The notes under the pieces are model-generated. The model saw nothing but the letters and a program-made list of their open reading frames with translations. It was not told the origin of the DNA and did no database searches. This document shows positions 60,693 to 64,000 of a DNA stretch of 64,000 nucleotides, in pieces. Location: assembly GCA_040182905.1 (NCBI GenBank), contig JARQWU010000029.1, positions 1-64,000 on the forward strand, in the 5' to 3' direction. The position numbers and the translations under genes are program-made. The stretch's first letter is position 1; the number at the start of each line of letters is the position of its first letter. The DNA is from Barthelona sp. PAP020 (taxonomy: Eukaryota).

Positions 60693-63353
60693 ATGCGGTC
60701 ATTTATTAAATTTCGATCATTGAATGCATCTGAACAGGCATCAATAGTTGTACCACATGATAAAACGAAATGGAAACCGACTTTTTCAATTGAAGACAGA
60801 TCTATTAGAATTCTTGATGAAAATGGTGAAAAATTATATAATTTTGACCAAGTGTTCGGACATTCTGTTTCACAAAGTGAACTTGCAAATAAATTTTTGG
60901 AAACTGAATTGTTAGGAAGTTTTTATGGAAAATCTTCTTTAAATATGGTTTATGGGTCTGCAATATCAAACAAAAATGACTTATTATTTCAAAATACACA
61001 AAATTTTCAAGGATTAGCCTTTTGGACGATGGAATTCCTTTTGGAACAATGTTTTGCTCATAATGAAGGTAAAAATGGCAAAACTGACTTGAAAAATTCG
61101 ACTTCAAAAAAGAAAAAGTGTTCAGTACAATGGCAATGCTTGTCAATCAGTAGAGCTGATAAAGTTTTTGATTTACTTGATAGAGAACAAGAAAAGTATG
61201 AAAGGAATTATGAAATAAATGGATTTAATCTTTTAGAAGGGGCTACAACATTAGAATTAACCAATGAATCATCAAATGATTTGGTTTTAGCATTGAATCG
61301 TACAAATAAAGATAATTCTCACATAATTTTAATGTTTTCTGTTACTTTGAACGATGAAACGGGAATATTTGGTATTTTAGATACTTCTTCAGCAGAAATG
61401 ACTGCTTTTGATCCTGGGTTGCATTATTTAGATCAAGTTAGTGATGGAATTGATCCTACTATTGGATTATCATCAAATATGAACAGTTGTAACCTTTCTC
61501 GATTTATTTCATCTGTAATTTTGGATTCATCAATAAATTTCGATGTATTAATGTGTTTACCTGTTATTCCTTTGACCACTTGGATGCACAAACAAATATC
61601 GTGGCTCAAAGACTTTCAAGCTCAAATTAACATCAAATTAAACAATAAAGTATCCTTAGCCCCAAATGAATTTTATAAAATAGAAAACAATCAAATAATA
61701 TCTACAAAAATGAATCTGGATTCTTCTAATTTTCTGACAGATTTATTAAAAGAAATGTTTAAATATTTGCCTTCTTCCATCAATCTTAATGAGCAAGTGT
61801 TAACCAGAGAAGAAGTCATGAATAATTTTGAGGGTTGTTCACTTTTAACGCAAGAAACAGTTCGTTCTCAAAAGGAAGTAATTGATCAACTGTTAAATGA
61901 TTTACATATTCGTAGAAAGCAAGTAATTTCATTAGAAGATACTGTAAGTAGTTTATCATCACGTTTAGCCATAGTAGAAATGAAATGGTCGGGTGAAGCA
62001 CAAAAAGTTTCACAATTGGAGGGTGAATTACAAACCAAACTGAATGTATCGCCAAATAGACGCAGAAGTTGCAGCGCTAAAAGTTTTCTTGCACCTACTG
62101 TTTCGTTAACCAAGCGAATGGAGAATAAAGCTATAAACACCGATATTTCAAGTCATTCAATTACCACAACAGTAGCATCAGTAGCAACAAATACTAAGAA
62201 TTTGAATTCTGATAATTTAAGTGTTCAAACATTTGATATGCATGTAACCCCTTCAACACGTGTTGAAAAAGGATGTCAAATTGAAAATTTACGTGCTAAT
62301 ATGCAAATACGTACTACCCAAGTTGAATTTGAACGTGAAAAACAAACAAAAATTGATTTGGTGGCTGCTATGAAGAAAAAAAAAGCAAAATCAACAGAAT
62401 CGCAATTAAATATTCATTTTCATCAAGAAACTTCAAATATTGATAAAAGTTTTGATGTTACAAAGTATTTAAAAGCTAAAAAACCTGTTGATTCATCTAC
62501 CTTGAGAATAAACAACATATTAAAACAAACTATTAGAAAAAAAAAAATGGCCAAAATACCTACAATAATTAAAACACCCAAAATAAGATTAAAACCAAAA
62601 AAAAATGAAAATTTCAAAATTTTGGATGTGAAACAATGTCAAAATATTCAAAAACAAGAAAGACAAAAGATAAATAATTTGATTCAGTTGGTGAATAAAT
62701 CCACAAACGAAAACACAAAGACAAATGTCTCAAATAATGCTGCTGTTTCTTCAGAAATGTTTAAACCCCCTTCAATATCACCGGATCTGATGCCAGATGT
62801 CATGAAAAATTTAGCTTCTTACATAGAAGACGTTATTAGGGTGAATCAACAAGCGACAGCTGAAGAAACAATGAATTCGGTCACTATAAAATTTGAAAGC
62901 GTCGAAAAAACTTTATCTGCTAAATTACAACAATTTTCAGATCAATTCACAAACAATAATCTGTTGGCTTCAAATAAAACTTTTTCATTAACAACCAATT
63001 TTTCAAATCATTCAACAACACCCATACAACGAACAAGATCCAGTTCAATCCCACGATTATTAGTGAATCAACAATCTCCTTCACCAAAATCAGTTGGAAG
63101 TTCCATGTTTATTCGTTCAGGGAAATCTTCAAACAAAAACACAAATACTCAATCAGTGAACGACAGAAAAAATAATGAAAATGAACCGTACAGACATAGG
63201 AGACTGTCTGTTGAATCACCAAACATGAAATTTTCGACTTCACCAAAACTTAGCACCTTAAATCCTTTGGATTCCAATTTATCCACTATATTAGAAACAA
63301 ATAACACTATTATTTCACCAGTTAGTAGATCTGTAAATATAAAATATGTTTAG
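60693..63353 (+). CDS. Divergent kinesin-like protein with degenerate motor motifs, coiled coil and disordered tail
   Basis: FIKFRS, YNFDQVF..SVSQ, VYGSAISNK (P-loop position), VFDLL, SHII, ILDTSSAE (DLAGSE position). Confidence 0.7.
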   Translation: MRSFIKFRSLNASEQASIVVPHDKTKWKPTFSIEDRSIRILDENGEKLYNFDQVFGHSVSQSELANKFLETELLGSFYGKSSLNMVYGSAISNKNDLLFQNTQNFQGLAFWTMEFLLEQCFAHNEGKNGKTDLKNSTSKKKKCSVQWQCLSISRADKVFDLLDREQEKYERNYEINGFNLLEGATTLELTNESSNDLVLALNRTNKDNSHIILMFSVTLNDETGIFGILDTSSAEMTAFDPGLHYLDQVSDGIDPTIGLSSNMNSCNLSRFISSVILDSSINFDVLMCLPVIPLTTWMHKQISWLKDFQAQINIKLNNKVSLAPNEFYKIENNQIISTKMNLDSSNFLTDLLKEMFKYLPSSINLNEQVLTREEVMNNFEGCSLLTQETVRSQKEVIDQLLNDLHIRRKQVISLEDTVSSLSSRLAIVEMKWSGEAQKVSQLEGELQTKLNVSPNRRRSCSAKSFLAPTVSLTKRMENKAINTDISSHSITTTVASVATNTKNLNSDNLSVQTFDMHVTPSTRVEKGCQIENLRANMQIRTTQVEFEREKQTKIDLVAAMKKKKAKSTESQLNIHFHQETSNIDKSFDVTKYLKAKKPVDSSTLRINNILKQTIRKKKMAKIPTIIKTPKIRLKPKKNENFKILDVKQCQNIQKQERQKINNLIQLVNKSTNENTKTNVSNNAAVSSEMFKPPSISPDLMPDVMKNLASYIEDVIRVNQQATAEETMNSVTIKFESVEKTLSAKLQQFSDQFTNNNLLASNKTFSLTTNFSNHSTTPIQRTRSSSIPRLLVNQQSPSPKSVGSSMFIRSGKSSNKNTNTQSVNDRKNNENEPYRHRRLSVESPNMKFSTSPKLSTLNPLDSNLSTILETNNTIISPVSRSVNIKYV

Positions 63354-63545
63354 TTATGGCTGTAATAATCAAAATAGGCCTATTGAAAAAAGAAAGGTTG
63401 AATCTTTTTTTTTTGTGTGAATAAATGTCAAAAATTGTTGTAAAGATATGTTTTATATTTGATTTTTTTCAACTGATGATAACAATGGATAAAAAAATAT
63501 TAATTTTATTATTTTAATTTTTGACTTTTATTAATCATTTCGGAA

Positions 63546-64000
63546 ATGCAAAGTTCCAAATACAGTTCAAAAAGAAATATTCCTGATGAGTTTCCCCAAA
63601 TAATGATGGATTTTACCAGAGAAATTCTTCGAAAATTGACATATGAAGACATTTCCAATATTTATGAATTTGGCGCCAGCTATTTTCAAGCATTATATAA
63701 TGATGAACAAGCTCAAGGGGAAAATATTCTTTCTAGATTTTCAAATAATGAATTGGAATCAATGATTGGTGAGTTGTTTATGGCTGCTGATGCTAATGGA
63801 GATGGACATTTGTCATGGGAAGAATTTAGTGAATCTTTAAGCAGTTCATCATTAGGATTGTCTGAACGTATGATAAGAAGACTCTTTTTAGAATCTGACG
63901 TCAATATGGATGGTAAAATATCCTATACCGAATTTGCTCCAACTGCAGTTAAACTTATTGAACTTTTAGTTGAACAAAAGCCCCCTGCAAGAGAAAGAAA
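63546..64000 (+). CDS. RIIa dimerization/docking domain plus EF-hand protein (radial spoke protein 7-like), runs off the window end
   Basis: Own translation; absent from the ORF track. IPDEFPQIMMDFTREILR...NIYEFGASYF (RIIa-like), EF-hands DANGDGHLSWEEF and DVNMDGKISYTEF. Confidence 0.8.
   Translation, partial: MQSSKYSSKRNIPDEFPQIMMDFTREILRKLTYEDISNIYEFGASYFQALYNDEQAQGENILSRFSNNELESMIGELFMAADANGDGHLSWEEFSESLSSSSLGLSERMIRRLFLESDVNMDGKISYTEFAPTAVKLIELLVEQKPPARER

Noticed and set aside
3619..63904. Numerous 60-150-aa ORFs antisense to, or in alternate frames of, long genes
   Set aside because: They are shadows of the real CDSs with no independent motifs. The exception is 48803-49000, which is part of the pseudogene.
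1..64000. Prokaryotic systems (CRISPR, operons, defence islands), tRNA/rRNA genes, transposases
   Set aside because: Gene content is eukaryotic. No spaced direct repeats, GC-rich structured RNA genes, or transposase/RT motifs were seen.

Overview
This is AT-rich eukaryotic nuclear DNA with very dense genes: 22 apparently intact genes, about 88% coding, plus one clear pseudogene. It uses the standard genetic code, and only one intron (39 nt) is evident. Gene content points to a flagellated protist: RSP7-like RIIa/EF-hand protein, kinesin-8, a possible NPHP4-like C2 protein, UBA3, syntaxin-5, RBM19/MRD1, PKA-C, SPCS2 and TMEM144. The intron 3' end and a recurrent TGTAAAT motif near stop codons are reminiscent of metamonads (inference only). 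The interval ~8.3-49.4 kb is dominated by lineage-specific signalling-type genes. These are a tail-to-tail pair of paralogous CaaX-ending WD40 proteins (one fused to a pseudokinase), a frameshifted pseudogene of the same family, and a 6398-aa EGF/FG-GAP/Cys-repeat/IPT surface protein with about 9 TM helices. The same interval holds a 4464-aa ankyrin/pseudokinase protein whose N-terminus looks by eye like a TIR-like plus degenerate STAND (NLR-like) module. No rRNA, tRNA, CRISPR array or recognisable mobile element was seen. All homology calls come from motif recognition by eye; no searches were run.
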